A stretch of DNA of 64,000 nucleotides from Callorhinchus milii (taxonomy: Eukaryota). The stretch is taken from NCBI RefSeq assembly GCF_018977255.1, contig NW_024704742.1, positions 64,110,001 to 64,174,000 of the forward strand. Direction: 5' to 3'. Positions 13,779-26,230 of this stretch are shown here, one piece after another. Under the pieces are notes generated by a model. The model was not told where the DNA came from. It saw only the letters and a list, made by a program, of their open reading frames with translations, and ran no database searches. A program made the translations under genes and the position numbers. Position 1 is the first letter of the stretch. Each line of letters begins with the position of its first letter.

Positions 13779-14150
13779 TAATAATAATCTTTGCATTTGA
13801 TATAGCGCCTTGTCACATCTTCGTGATGTCTTAACGTGCTTCATAGAATATACTGTAAAGTGAATTGACTGCATATTTTGTTGGGGAAACACAGCAGTCA
13901 ATTGCATACAACAGTGTCCTACAAACAGTCGTGAATTTAGTGACCAATTTATTATTATTTTTTTTTGCAAGGAATTATTACCCCAGGAAAAGCGATCTGC
14001 CAGTTGACTAACAGAAGGTTTCTACTTTTTGCTAGGTAAACAGAGGCGTGTGGAGTAAGGAAATTTGCCCACTGTTTCACCCTGCCGGGAATCGAACCCA
14101 GGACTCACGCTTGCAAGGCAAGTACTCTAACCATTGAGCTACAGGACTCC
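13779..14150 (-). mobile_element. Family-B SINE, long form, nested in another SINE tail
   Basis: Head, CCTCTGTTTACCTAGCA central segment, tail. Confidence 0.88.
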
Positions 14151-14991
14151 ACAACTGTAAAGTGAATTGACTGTATATTTTGTGGTCAAAAGCGGCAGCT
14201 AATTGTGGACAGCAGTGTCCCACAAACTGTCGTGGATTGAGTGACCACATTTTTTTTCATCAACAACGACAACAACATTGCCCCCTCCAGGAGAATGCAG
14301 ACTGAGGAGGTTTTAATGAAAACACAATCAAACACTGTTGTGTGATTGCCCAGAATGATGATTTCAGTGTTAGGAGTACAACATAAACCATCCGAAAATC
14401 ACCCCAGTGTCATTAGCCCCGATTAAAAGTTTCCATCTTCCTCTGTGACCGAATTTTGTCCTCTCACTATTTGCTTATCAGTGACTCTGCATGACTGAAC
14501 AAGCTAAAAGCCAGTAGTGGCTGACAGATACTCACAGTTAATTTAATCTGTGGAGCAACCTTCCTGCTACAACAAGCTCTCTGCAATTGTTTCTTCCTTT
14601 GCTTTTATAGCTACTACCCTTTCTCTCAGTTTTATTGCACTTCACAATTATTGCACTTCGAAATTCTCAGAATTTCTATGAACTCTTAGCCCTCAAGACT
14701 CTGGAAATTATGCAGGACTCTGGAAATTTTTAAAATTCAAATTTAGTCTGAAAGACGGTTCTTTTTAATGCTGAACTGCGGAAAAATGGCTTTCCAATTT
14801 ATGGTAATAATAATCCTTGCATTTGATATTACCTCATTACATCATCAAAACAACTCAATGAGCTTCACAGAATTTACTATAAAGTGTAGTGATTGTATAT
14901 TTGTGAACCCTGCAAAGGGCTTTGAAGTGACTCAATGACATGATAAGATGCTGTATCAAATGGAAGGATTCTTATCATTCCTCTATTAACA

Positions 14992-15205
14992 TAACATCTC
15001 AGAGTACGCAGAATTTATCAAATTGCTGAGTTTAGTTTTGACCGTGAAGCCTGTTTTCTGTAGTTCTTAAAAAGGTACTTACAGAAAGAAACGGCTCCAA
15101 AATTATAGACTACATTTCAGAATTTGTCAAATTCTGGATTCTTTGAAATACTACAATAATAGAGTAAATCTAGACCTGGTGGATTTTTTTTTACCCATTA
15201 GTGGG
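14992..15205. repeat. Unclassified repeat (family D) as an inverted pair; other copies at about 18956-19025 and 55238-55475
   Basis: CATCTCAGAGTACGCAGAATTTATCAAATT vs rc TATTTCAAAGAATCCAGAATTTGACAAATT; the same motif occurs at the other two loci. Confidence 0.65.
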
Positions 15206-16411
15206 TGAAAATGAAACACTCTTAAGATGTTACCCCGCGTGAAGGACGCTATATAAATGTAAGTTTTTGGTGTTGAATCGAGAACATTTACTGAGTTTCA
15301 TTGCAGGAAGTCAGCATGTTATGAGTTTCGGAAAATGAAGAGGAAGCAATGACCACAGTGATATCAGAGAAAAAGAGGTCAGAACAGCGAGAAGAAAGCT
15401 TGGAGACGATTGATGAGAGAAGGATAATCTATCACTCAACGTATCTATGTGTCTTTGGGACATGTTTTGTTCAAGAGCTGTCACATACGCCTATTTTGGC
15501 CACTTTAGATCCATATTTTGCCTTGACATCGGCAGAGGAGGGATGTCATGCTGACATTACCAGATTCAATTCACTTGTGACTATAAATTTAATTGCTGTC
15601 TTTCAGAAGAAGACTTGGGCTTGATTTGAGTCTGAGCCTCCTGGGTATATTGCCAAAACATCAAATGCAAAAACTATCTCCCAAAAACAAGCCATTATAT
15701 TTCTGCTGTAAATCGGCATTGACTGGCATCATTGACCTATGTTTATTCATTAGGCTGACTATCCAGCCTTCAGCTATCCTGCACATTCCGCTTTAACCCT
15801 GAGCCACTTTGTGTCACTTTAACATCAGTCAAATAGAACATCCTGCCACTGATTTATTTCATAACCTATAAATATTCACAAAGGACAATTCACCTTTCAT
15901 TTCCCATTCAAATTCTTTAGATTAAAAAAAAGTAACAGTTTGTATCAGCAAAGTGGTCAATATTATAATAATGATTATAATCCTTGCATTTGATGCAGTG
16001 CCTTATCAAGTCACCAGAATGTCTCAAAGAGCTTCCTTGAAGTGCTGCTTCACAGGAATTACTGTAAGGTGCAGTAACTATGTATTTGTAGGTTGGAGCA
16101 GCAGCTAATTTGTGCACAGCAATGTCCTTCAAACAGCAGTGAAGTGAATGACCGATTTCATCTGGGGGATTGTTTGCCAGGAACGTGGGAGAGGAACTAC
16201 CTTCTGTTTTTGAATAGGGCCATGGGATCTTTACCATTAACCTGAACTGGCGTATGGGACCTCACTTTAACTTTAGGTGCTGAGAAAAATAATTACAGGT
16301 TATGCTTGCTAGCTATTATTATTAGCTACAAAAACATCTTAAAAAGGTGTAGAAGTACTGGTCTTGATGTACTTTATTCATTAAATATTTTGTTTAATGA
16401 TTGTTTAATTG

Positions 16412-17215
16412 CTCAATGCTGACAGCATCACCATCCATGGATGCACACTCCACCTTACTACACCAGTCCAGAACCTTGGCGTCTTGTTTGACCCTCAACT
16501 ATCCTTTCTACCCCACATCTGCTCCATGACCTGCTCTGCCATCCCCCACTTCCGCAACATCGCTCGGCTCTGCCACTGTCTCACACTGCAAGCCGCCAAA
16601 ATCCTCATACACGCTTTCATTACATCAAGGCTCGACTATGCAAACTCAATTGTTTGTCGGCCTCCCCAACTCCTCCCCCAATAGGCTGCAGATTATCCAG
16701 AACTCTGCAGCCCATAGCCTCTCCCACACTAGACTCCGCGACCCTATCACCCCCATCCTCGCCCGAACTCCACTGGCTTCCCATCACACAGAGGATACAG
16801 TTCAAGATCCTGGTCCTCACCTTCAAAGCCCTCTACAGTCTTACTTCTCCCTACCTCTGTGACTTCCTAACCCTCTACCATCCTGCCCACTTCCTCCGCT
16901 TAGTGGGCTCCAGCCTGCTTCACGTCCCCCGCCTCGCTCGCCCCACTATTGGCAGGCGGGCCTTCTAGCACTCTGCACCCCAACCTCTGGAACTCCATTC
17001 CGCAGTCCCTCTGCCTCGCCCCCTCCCTTGCCACCTTCAAGACCCATCTCAAGACCCTTCTCTTCGACCATGCTTTCGATCTCCCTGCTTCCCCCCCTGC
17101 CTCCCACCCACCCCAACTCCAACTCCCAGCTCAGGTCCGAAACTCTGTCTGTCCAGCGCCTTGGGATGTCCTCCCGACATGAAAGGTACTTTACAAATAT
17201 AATTTTGTTGTTGTT
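16412..17215 (+). mobile_element. L2 3' fragment
   Basis: NLGVLFDPQLSF, SRLDYANS, LHWLPI, FKTHLKTLLFDHAF and a (TTG)n tail. Confidence 0.9.
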
Positions 17216-19029
17216 TAACGTTTCTATATCATTATTACAGCTCTCCCACTAATGTATTAATAATTCATGTACAGGAGGGATAAAAGTGCTTGCCAAAAGA
17301 AGAGTTTTAATGTTGGACTCAATGCTACTATGCAGCAGACATGCCTTATTAAGGTTGTGGTTAGGTTGCTGTGCGTAGCATTGCACTTGTGGCAATTAGA
17401 GTTCTGCACTAATGTGGCTTCAAGATCTTCTGCAGGGAGATCTGCCCCTCTCCCGCCTTGTTTCGGGACCTTTTCTCCTTCATTTGATCAACCCATCTAT
17501 AGTTTTATCTTTAGCCTTGCATTGGTCAAATACCATATCCTGAATTCTGATACGCTTGGACTTTGACCATTAAATCACCACCAAATGAATAGTGAGGCAG
17601 TGGCAAAAAAAATCAGAGTACCTATGGCCTTAACGGCTACAGACAGAACACACCACATCAGTGAAAATTCTAGTCACTGGCTATTTGACACTTCTGTTCC
17701 CCTGGAAAGTCTCAGCCTCCTTAGACACTGTTTCTCTGTCAGTCGGAGGAATGCCATTCTGGTTTTGTGGAAATTCTGGTTATGCCTGTCCAAATTCTCT
17801 GCTCCCTCCAAGGGTATAACCATGGATGGACACTGCCCACCCAATCAGCACCCAGGCCTATCCATCGCTCAGGCAAGTGGGGTGAAAAGATCTGCCACAG
17901 TGTAATAAATTAGCGAAAAAGGTTCCTCGGGCTGAATGGCTTCTTCTTGTATAAGAACAAACTGAACAAAAGCACTGAATAAAAGGACATAGAAGGTGAA
18001 GTCTACAGTTTGGAGTCTGGCACTTTTAATAATGTTGTTTTGCTAAGCTGTAAACTCATTCCCTTCAACTCTGCATTGAAGCATGGTTCCTGTATATATC
18101 ATGTTAGGGAGGACAAATAGCCAAATATCAACAAAGTAGGAGGTGAAAATAAATATATAATCTTGGGGTTTGATGCACTTTGTTGCAGGAGATTAAATGG
18201 ATCTGTCCATGATCGATTGGACTGCGAGAGGAACAGGATAGATGAATTGCTCAGTCCTTTCTTATATTCTTCCATTAGTGTTTCAGCTGGAACTGTTTAG
18301 CAAACTGGTATTTCACAGGTAACTTTGCTTTATTCAATCCCCCCCAGAGATGCACTTATCTTAGTTATATTCAAGACTATCTAAATTAAAATCACTTTAG
18401 ATCTGATACTGTGATGCTTACATTTGCTGCAATTTCCCCAGGATTTTATTAAGAGGTAACTGATTAAGATTGAATCCATATTACCATATTATACACATTA
18501 CTGAATATGTAATCAGTAATTTGTTTAGACATCTAATAAATATTACTTAGAGGGAAATGACAGTCCCGAGGGAGCACTTTTTTTTAAACTGAAAGCAGTC
18601 CTCCTGCTAGGCATCGAGGAATGAAATGAGCGGTATGAGATCATTAACACTAGTGATAACTATTGCATCTTCAGCGATAACTATCACATCCCATCCCACA
18701 ATTTTATCTCCAGAAAAAAATACACATTTAGTAGACAGTTCTTTATGTCAATTGAAGAACCTTGCCTTACTTTGTAACTATGATCTGCTTCTTCCTGTAC
18801 TCTGGGAGGGAAAAATTCCACCTATGCCTGGATTTACTCTATTCACCCACAAATCGCACATTGCACTTTACAGTATATGCTGTGGAGTGTTTTGGCACAT
18901 CCTCCTGCCGGGAAAGGTGCCGTACCAAATAAAAGAATGATGATGATTATTCTCTTGGAATTTCAGAGAATCCAGAATTTGGCAAATTCTTAAATGGGGT
19001 CTGAATTTTGAATCCGGTTTCGAAGTCAG

Positions 19030-19352
19030 TAGCTTCATCCCAGTTCTTTATTTTGTTCCCGCCGCTTGGCTACATGTGTGCCTTGTGATGCAGGATGCCA
19101 CAGCATCACTTTGACTCATGGTCACTAGGTATAAGAGCAACAAAATACGCAAAACTGAAAATAACTCATGAATGATAGAAGATTCCCATAAACAAATATA
19201 CCCATGTCACTCCCAGTGCACAACCTTTCCGATGAGATTTAAATCATATTTCTAGGTCAATTGGTTATTGAGATTCTTCTCAAAGCGCAGGCAGACATTT
19301 CAGTTTTATTAGTAGAGAGGATAGAAAATTATTAGTACAGATAGAAGATAGA
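19030..19352 (-). mobile_element. Putative non-autonomous Helitron-like element, copy 1
   Basis: Clearly homologous to 31326-31725; minus-strand 5' end TC..TACTAATAAA, present twice. Confidence 0.5.
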
Positions 19353-22117
19353 AGAAGAAGTTGGGAAAAGACTGGAGTAGTTTTCTGGCAGGAAAGTTTA
19401 ACACTGATTTCTGAACTTTCTTGGGGTCAGATAATTCTGGATCAGCTTCTAAAAGCAGAAAGTTGTCCAACTGTAATTAGACATATCTCAAGACGAGAAC
19501 TCTTGCAGGCTGGAAGGAAAGGTACAATGAGATAACTGAGCTCTCATTCTGCAATGAAACAACTGGGATAATTCAGTTGGATTCTGACTGGAATTATGAA
19601 GACTAATGTTAGACAGGATCTTTATACCAAACAATGGTGCAGTTAGAAAAAATATTGATCCTTTCTACTTCTCTATGCAATTGGCACAATTCAGTTTTCA
19701 GATACGCCAGGTTAGCAGAACAAGGACAGATTTCAGGACAGATATCAAGAAGTATTTCTTTGCACAGAGGGCAAATAATGACTGAAACAGGTTATCAGGA
19801 AGGGTGGTCTAGCCAGAAGCTACAACACTAAACTCATTAAAGAAAAAGTTTGATGCTACAATGGGAGATTGGGTAGGGTGGATAATACTATAATAAATGA
19901 CAATTGTTGCATTTGATATAGTGCCTTAACACGTCATTGAGATGTCTCAAAGCAGTTCAAGAATATACTGTAAAGTAAATTAACTTTGTATTTTGTGAGT
20001 AACACGTGGCTGGCAATTACACACAGCACTGTGCAGCAAACAGTCGTAGATCGAATGATAGGTAGAATAGGTACTCTGGAAGGATGAGATCAAATGGATT
20101 ATATATTTAACAAGATCTCAAGGTTGGTTTGGCTTATGACACCCTCATTCCCACCCCTTCCAGTAGGAGGATAGTTACTAGTTGGTCATATCTTTTCTAC
20201 TGTGATTCCAGGCCTCTTTCTCCCTATCTCAGGCCTTTCCTTCCTTAGCTTTCTGGAACTACATCTCAGGTATTCATCTCTGACATCCATCTTCATCTCT
20301 GACATTCACCCCCTGTCTCCCCCCTTTCAAAGCCCACCTCTAGACTTACCTCTTTGACTACACTTTTGGACATCTTTCCCCTCCCCTCCTTCAGCTCCCA
20401 TCCCCGGCTTGGGTGCCCAAGAGTAAAGAGCTTTGAGACTTCTTCCTGACATGAAAGGCGCTACATAAATGTAAATTATATTGTAATTAGGCCGGATCTA
20501 GGGGAGGAATAAAACCTCTTCTTTCCAATTGCTGTGAAAATTCTAAGTGAAACTAGTCTCTGCAGAGATCCCAATGGGTTTCAATCTCTTCAATCTAGGG
20601 TAAAACTCTCTATAATTGCACACTAATTGATACTCAATGGGTAATCTCATTGAGAGAGATCACAAAGTAAAATGATATGAGCAAGCCAAATTCCACCCCC
20701 CAGGGCGGTAAGGGAGTTGGAGATACATTACTGGGATAGTGAAGAGGAAGCTTTGTGCTTCACTCATCCACCCAATGCTGACCCTGGCCTGCTTGTCATT
20801 GACTTTCTCAGCAAATTCAGGGAAATATCTCATTCCTAGAAGTCACATCCCTCAATTGAACTAGTGTAAAAGTTCACTAAAACATCTGGAAGCTCTGCCC
20901 CACAGATTATTCTGTGCCAAGGTGGCATGTTTTCTGTGGATAGACATAACAAGGAAAAACAAGAGCTTTGGGATGAAAATTGCAATCTGTGATATGTTAG
21001 TTATCATAGATGGAAAGGACAAAAAGAGGCATAGAGGCGCATCAAGTTCACTCCTAGGAGGAACCCTCCTCACCTCATACCACCATACTGCACCTCACCC
21101 ACCTCATAATATCCATTTACATATCGCTCCTATTGATGATTATTACATCTCTGATAAATGCAGTCAATGAAGCATTTCAACTATTGGACATATTTAATTG
21201 GTCTTAGATCTGACAAAGTCTCCCCAACTCCATCATAATAGTTTGGCACATTAACGTATAGCCTGGTTCAACTGAAGTCGAGTCAAAACGAAAAGGAGTT
21301 TCTCCTGGTATCCTGGAACAATTCCCAAAGTGAAATATATTAGGCATTCACTTCATGGCATCTGTGGCATTTCTATTTGTGAGACTGTTGTGTGCAAATC
21401 GGCTATTGTGTTTGCCTACAAATGCACAGCCACTACACTTCACAGTCAATCCTATCAAATGCTTCAAGACACAACATCAAATTCAAGGATTATTCTATTA
21501 AGCTAATTATGTCATTATATAATCACATCTTTATTGAATTATTAATTGTATAATTAGGGGCATCTGTATATATTAGCCCTATTAGCTCAATCCACATTTT
21601 GTCTTATTTGCTTAATATGATACTCTTGTCAGTTTCACATTTATCAAACATAATTGGCACAATGTTCTGGACTTACTTTAAGCACTTTTCCAGCTTTAAT
21701 TTAAGTTAAATCTGCAACAAACTGAATAACATCAGTGAGTATTGGGAAAGTGAAAGGACCTCTTTAGTCCACAGTATTCACCCCAAACAAACTGTACATT
21801 ATCACCTTGGCTAACATTTCACAATTTAGTGCAGCAAATGTTCATGGTTTCTAATACGTGTCTAACCTATGAGCATATTTATGTACTTGATGCACTGAAG
21901 GTCAGACGTTTCCTTTCAGAAATAATAAAGCTCACTGGAATGTCATAGATCCGCTGTATATTAGCACCAAACAATACAGCACCAGCCTCATTCGTGGAAG
22001 ACCGAGTTGCAGTTTTTGAAGGGCTGTAAAGTACAGTCAGCAGAGGGGAGGCTTTGTCATTTTAACAAGAATCCATTTTGGAAACGTGCGCTGTGTAATC
22101 TAGATGGCCAATGGTGT

Positions 22118-22960
22118 GTGTCAACCTACCTCAGTTGGCAGCACTCAGTCTGAGTCAGAAGGTTTGTGACATTGGAACTTGGAACTCACATAGTCTATTA
22201 GTCTATGCTGACACTGCATTTTAGGAGGTGCCATCTTTTGGATGAGATGTTAAACTGAAATCCTATTACTTGTGGAGTCCTGTAGCTCAGTGGTTAGAGC
22301 ACTCGCTTTGCAAGCGAGAGACCTGAGTTCAATTCCAGACAGGTCAGGGCGAAACCTTGGGCAAGTTTCCTTACTCCACACACCTAATAATAATCCCTCC
22401 AAAACCAAAAACAATAATAAAATGGGTCATTTTCAATCTACGACTGTTTGTGGGACATTGCTGTGCGCAATTGGCTGCTGCGTTCGCCCACAAATATACA
22501 GTCAATTCACTTTACAGTGTGTTCTGTGAAGCACTTTGGGACGTCCTCCCGACATGAAAAGCGCTATATCAAATGCAAGGATTATTATTATTATTATTAT
22601 TACTTGTTCAGAAAGGTGTTAAAGATCCCATTACCACTATTTGAAAAGAAGAAAGTAGTTTCTCCTAAAGTCCTCGCCAAAAATTCCCCAAATAAAGCCT
22701 GGTCATTCCTAGCTCGGCATCAAGGTACGCCACTGTTAAGGGCTCCAAGACATTACCCTTTGTAAAGGGTGCAATATAAATTCCCTTTGTTATTCTCAAA
22801 TTTATTCATGTCTGTACGTGGGAGATCGGTGTGAGCAAATTGGTTACTGCTTTTGCTCCCAAAGTACACAGTCCCAACACTTTTTGTATCCTGTGAAGCG
22901 GATTGAGATGTCTTCCTAACATTAAAAGTGCTACATCACATGTAAGGATTATTATCATAA
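22118..22960 (+). mobile_element. Family-A DeuSINE interrupted by a family-B SINE (22274-22602) and an L2 tail stub (about 22710-22790)
   Basis: Deu text resumes on both sides of each insert. Confidence 0.78.
22274..22602 (+). mobile_element. Family-B tRNA(Ala)-derived SINE, short young form, full length
   Basis: A box TAGCTCAGTGG, anticodon arm CTCGC-TTTGCAA-GCGAG, B box GAGTTCAATTCC, 3' part of the Deu domain, L2-like tail, (TTA)n. 10-bp TSD TATTACTTGT at 22264-22273 and 22598-22607. Confidence 0.93.
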
Positions 22961-23030
22961 TGGTGCAGTAATAAAACTAATCCTTTAAGTGAAAATGAAC
23001 TTAAAGTAGACAGTTATGTTAAAGATAATG

Positions 23031-24437
23031 ACATAACATAACATAACATATAGGAGCAGGAGTAGGCCATTCGGCCCTTCGAGCCTGCCCCGCCATCAAT
23101 CATGGCTGACCTTCTAATCTAATTCCAGCTAATAACCTGACCCTGCCTTATCCCCATATCCCTTAATCCCTTTTGCAATAAGAAATCTATCTATCTCAGT
23201 CTTGAATATGTTCAAGGACTGAGCGTCAACAGCCCTTTGAGATAGTGAGTTCCATACATTCACCACCCTTTGAGCGAAGAAGTTCTTCCTCAACTCAGTG
23301 CGGAAGGGCTGGCCTCTGATTTTAAGGTTGTGACTCCTGGTTTTAGTTCCTCCAACCAGGGGAAACAATCTCCCACTATCTACTCTATCATGCCCTTTGA
23401 TGATCTTATAGGTTTCTATAAGATCCCCTCTAATTCTTCTATATTCTAGAGAATATAGGCCCAAATTGCTCAGCCTATCCTCGTAACTCATCCCCTTCAT
23501 CCCTGGCACTAACCGAGTAAATCTACGCTGCACCCCCTCCAAGGCAAGTACATCCTTCCTTAAATGAGGAGACCAAAACTGGACACAGTATTCCAGGTGT
23601 GGTCTGACCAGGGCCCTATACAGTTGCAGTAAGACTTCCCTACTCTTATACTCTAATCCTTTCATAATGAACGCTAACATACCGTTCGCCTTCCTAATTG
23701 CTGCTGCACCCGCAGACTAACTTTCTGTGATTGGTGTACAAGGACACCCGAGTCCCTCCGGACGCTAACACATTCCAATCTCTCCCCTTCTAAAAAATAA
23801 CCCGCTCTACTGTTTTTGCTACCCAGGTGGATGACTTCGCACTTCCCTACATTATACTTCATCTGCCACCTACCTGCCCAATCACCTAACCTATCTATGT
23901 CTCGCTGCATTTTTTTAATGTCGTCCTCTGTGTTGGCACTTCCTCCTGGTTTTGTGTCATCCGCAAATTTAGATATATTAACTTTGATGTCCTCATCTAG
24001 ATCGTTGATGTAGATGGTAAATAGCTGAGGCCCGAGGACTGATCCTTGTGGTACTCCACTAGTCACATCCCGCCAATCCGAAAAGGACCTGTTTATCCCT
24101 ACTCTTTGTTTCCTACCCGTTAACCATTCCCCAATCCACGTTAATATGCTCCCTGTCCTTATCCCTTTGGTGCATCTCTATTGTTGGCAGACTTGTTGTG
24201 TCTTCTAGGGTGAAGACAGATGCAAAGTACCCATTTAGGGACTCTGCCATGTCCTTGTCCCCCATTACAACTTCTCCTGTTTCTGACTGAAGTGGACCTA
24301 CATTTACCCTCACCAGCCTATTCTTTTTAATATATTTGTAAAAACTTTTACTATCAGACTTAATGTTCCTAGCTAGCTTACCCTCATACGCCTTTTTCTC
24401 GCTCTTAATGAGATTTTTAGTTTTATTTTGCTGGTTT
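23031..24437 (-). mobile_element. CR1-clade LINE 3' portion, relatively young, internally deleted
   Basis: YFASVFT; GVPQGSVLGP; KFADDTK (FADD 23956-23967); LYRALVRPHLEYCVQFWSP; RIRGDLIETYKI; FFAQRVVNVWNSL; (TATGT)4 tail at 23031-23050. Confidence 0.93.
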
Positions 24438-25470
24438 GAAGGGATATGGGAATAGGGTAGGGCAGAGGGATTGAATGGACAGCTTGCTCTGACAGCCAGT
24501 GCAGACTCAATTGGTCAAATTACCTCCTTCTATACTGTAAATGTCTGTGTTTATAAGTTCTATGTTTCTATATGTACATTGTATTTGCCTCTTTTATGTA
24601 TACAATGCATGATGAGGAGCCTAGGCTTTTGAATAATAAACCACTGAGTGATGTCTCACTTAATCGCTTACAATTGCTGGGAGCACATGCGAGTTACAGA
24701 CTCAGTTCATTCCATTAAAAGCTTTTTATTGGAACGTTCTCGCACTGAAGAACCTTTATTTTTGAATGCAATGGCATTATGCAAGGTCCTATGATGTTGT
24801 TCACGGCATGTAATTGGGAAACTCAAGCTGTTACAGCAAGCTCTGTCATCAATTAAATAAAACACCCACCACCAGGCCAGGGGTAAACCCAACGTGTGAA
24901 GCTTAAAAAATTAATTACCATTGCTTTTAGCTGAGAGAATTTTGACACAGAAGACTGTTTTCCTCCAAAGAGAGATTGCTTCCAGTGTAATTTTAAATCT
25001 CAGAGCTGAAAAGCAATCATCGAAGATTTTATCGGGCCTTCAAAAGTGAAAGCAAATTTCAGGCTTACTTGTACGTTGCATTTTTTATCAGGATAATTAA
25101 TAATTTGTAGCAGTAACAAAAGCTACAAAATTACATTTGAATAGCACCTTTCACGTCGGGAGGACATCCCAAGGCACTGGACAGACAGAGTTACAGACCC
25201 GTAACATGGGTACACTGTTACAGTAAGTCATTATTTCAGCAAATAAGTTAAAAAGTACACCTGAGAACATCCTTAATGATATTCAGAAGAAAGGCAGAGC
25301 CAGAAGGGCAACGTAAGAAAGCTTCAGAAAAGTGCAGAGGAGATTTACTAGGATGATACTGGGATATGTGGTTTGGCTTGTGACTGAAGACAGGAAGAAC
25401 TAAGGCTTTTTCCATTGGAACGAGGAAGATTGAGAGGTGAACTGATAGAGTTCTTTAAAATTACAATTGA

Positions 25471-25794
25471 TAATAATAATAATCCTTGCATTTGATATAG
25501 CGCTTTTTACGTTGGGAGGACGTCCCAAAGCGCTTCACAGAACACACTGTAAAGTGAAGTGACTGTATATTTGTGGGCGAACGCGGCAGCCAATTGCGCA
25601 CAGCAATGTCCCACAAACAGTCATATGGATTGAAAATGACCAATTTATTATTGTTTTGGGTTTTGGAGGGATTATTATTAGGCTCTGTGTGGAGTAAGGA
25701 AACTTGCCCAAGGTTTCGCCCTGACCTGCCTGGAATTGAACTCAGGTCTCTCGCTTGCAAAGCGAGTGCTCTAACCACTGAGCTACAGGACTCC
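25471..25794 (-). mobile_element. Family-B SINE, short form
   Basis: Near-identical to 22274-22602; imperfect TSD CAATTGA/CTATTGA. Confidence 0.93.
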
Positions 25795-25795
25795 A

Positions 25796-26230
25796 CTATT
25801 GAAGCCTGTTAAGCTGGACACATCTGGGACAAGCGTTTTGTCCGGCTTAAGAGGCGTCCGAGGTTAACCGAATTTCTCTTATCTCTTCCCACCCAACAGA
25901 GAAGTAGCGGTGCCTCCTCCCTCCCATTGCCATTCCCATTGAACAGGAAGGGAACAATTAGTGGTGGCGCTGAGGAGCCGCTTGTGAATGTTTGGGCTCC
26001 AGCCATTCACAAGCAACTAAGCTGTCAATCAGTCACAATTTCTCCCATTCCCGAGTGAGTACATTCAGTGGTGACCAGCGCTGCGTTTTGACCAGATAAG
26101 CCGGATTTTTGTCCGAATTAACCGGCATATTTAAAACTGGTAAAAACACAAATAAATCGGGCTGGGCATTTTGTTCAATTTACCCAGCGTCCGGGGTTAA
26201 CCAACACCCGGCTAAAGTGGATTCCTCTAT
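25796..26230. mobile_element. Putative pogo/Tigger-like non-autonomous DNA transposon (MITE)
   Basis: Interrupts the CR1 cleanly. Degenerate TIRs (CAATTGAAGCCTGTTAAGCTGG vs rc TAGAGGAATCCACTTTAGCCGG, 13/22) and repeated subterminal GTCCG..TTAA motifs. Classification by resemblance. Confidence 0.5.

Noticed and set aside
22274..22345. tRNA-Ala(TGC) genes here and at the other GGAGTCCTGTAGCTCAG sites
   Set aside because: Acceptor and T stems are imperfect, and each is followed by a SINE body, tail and TSD.
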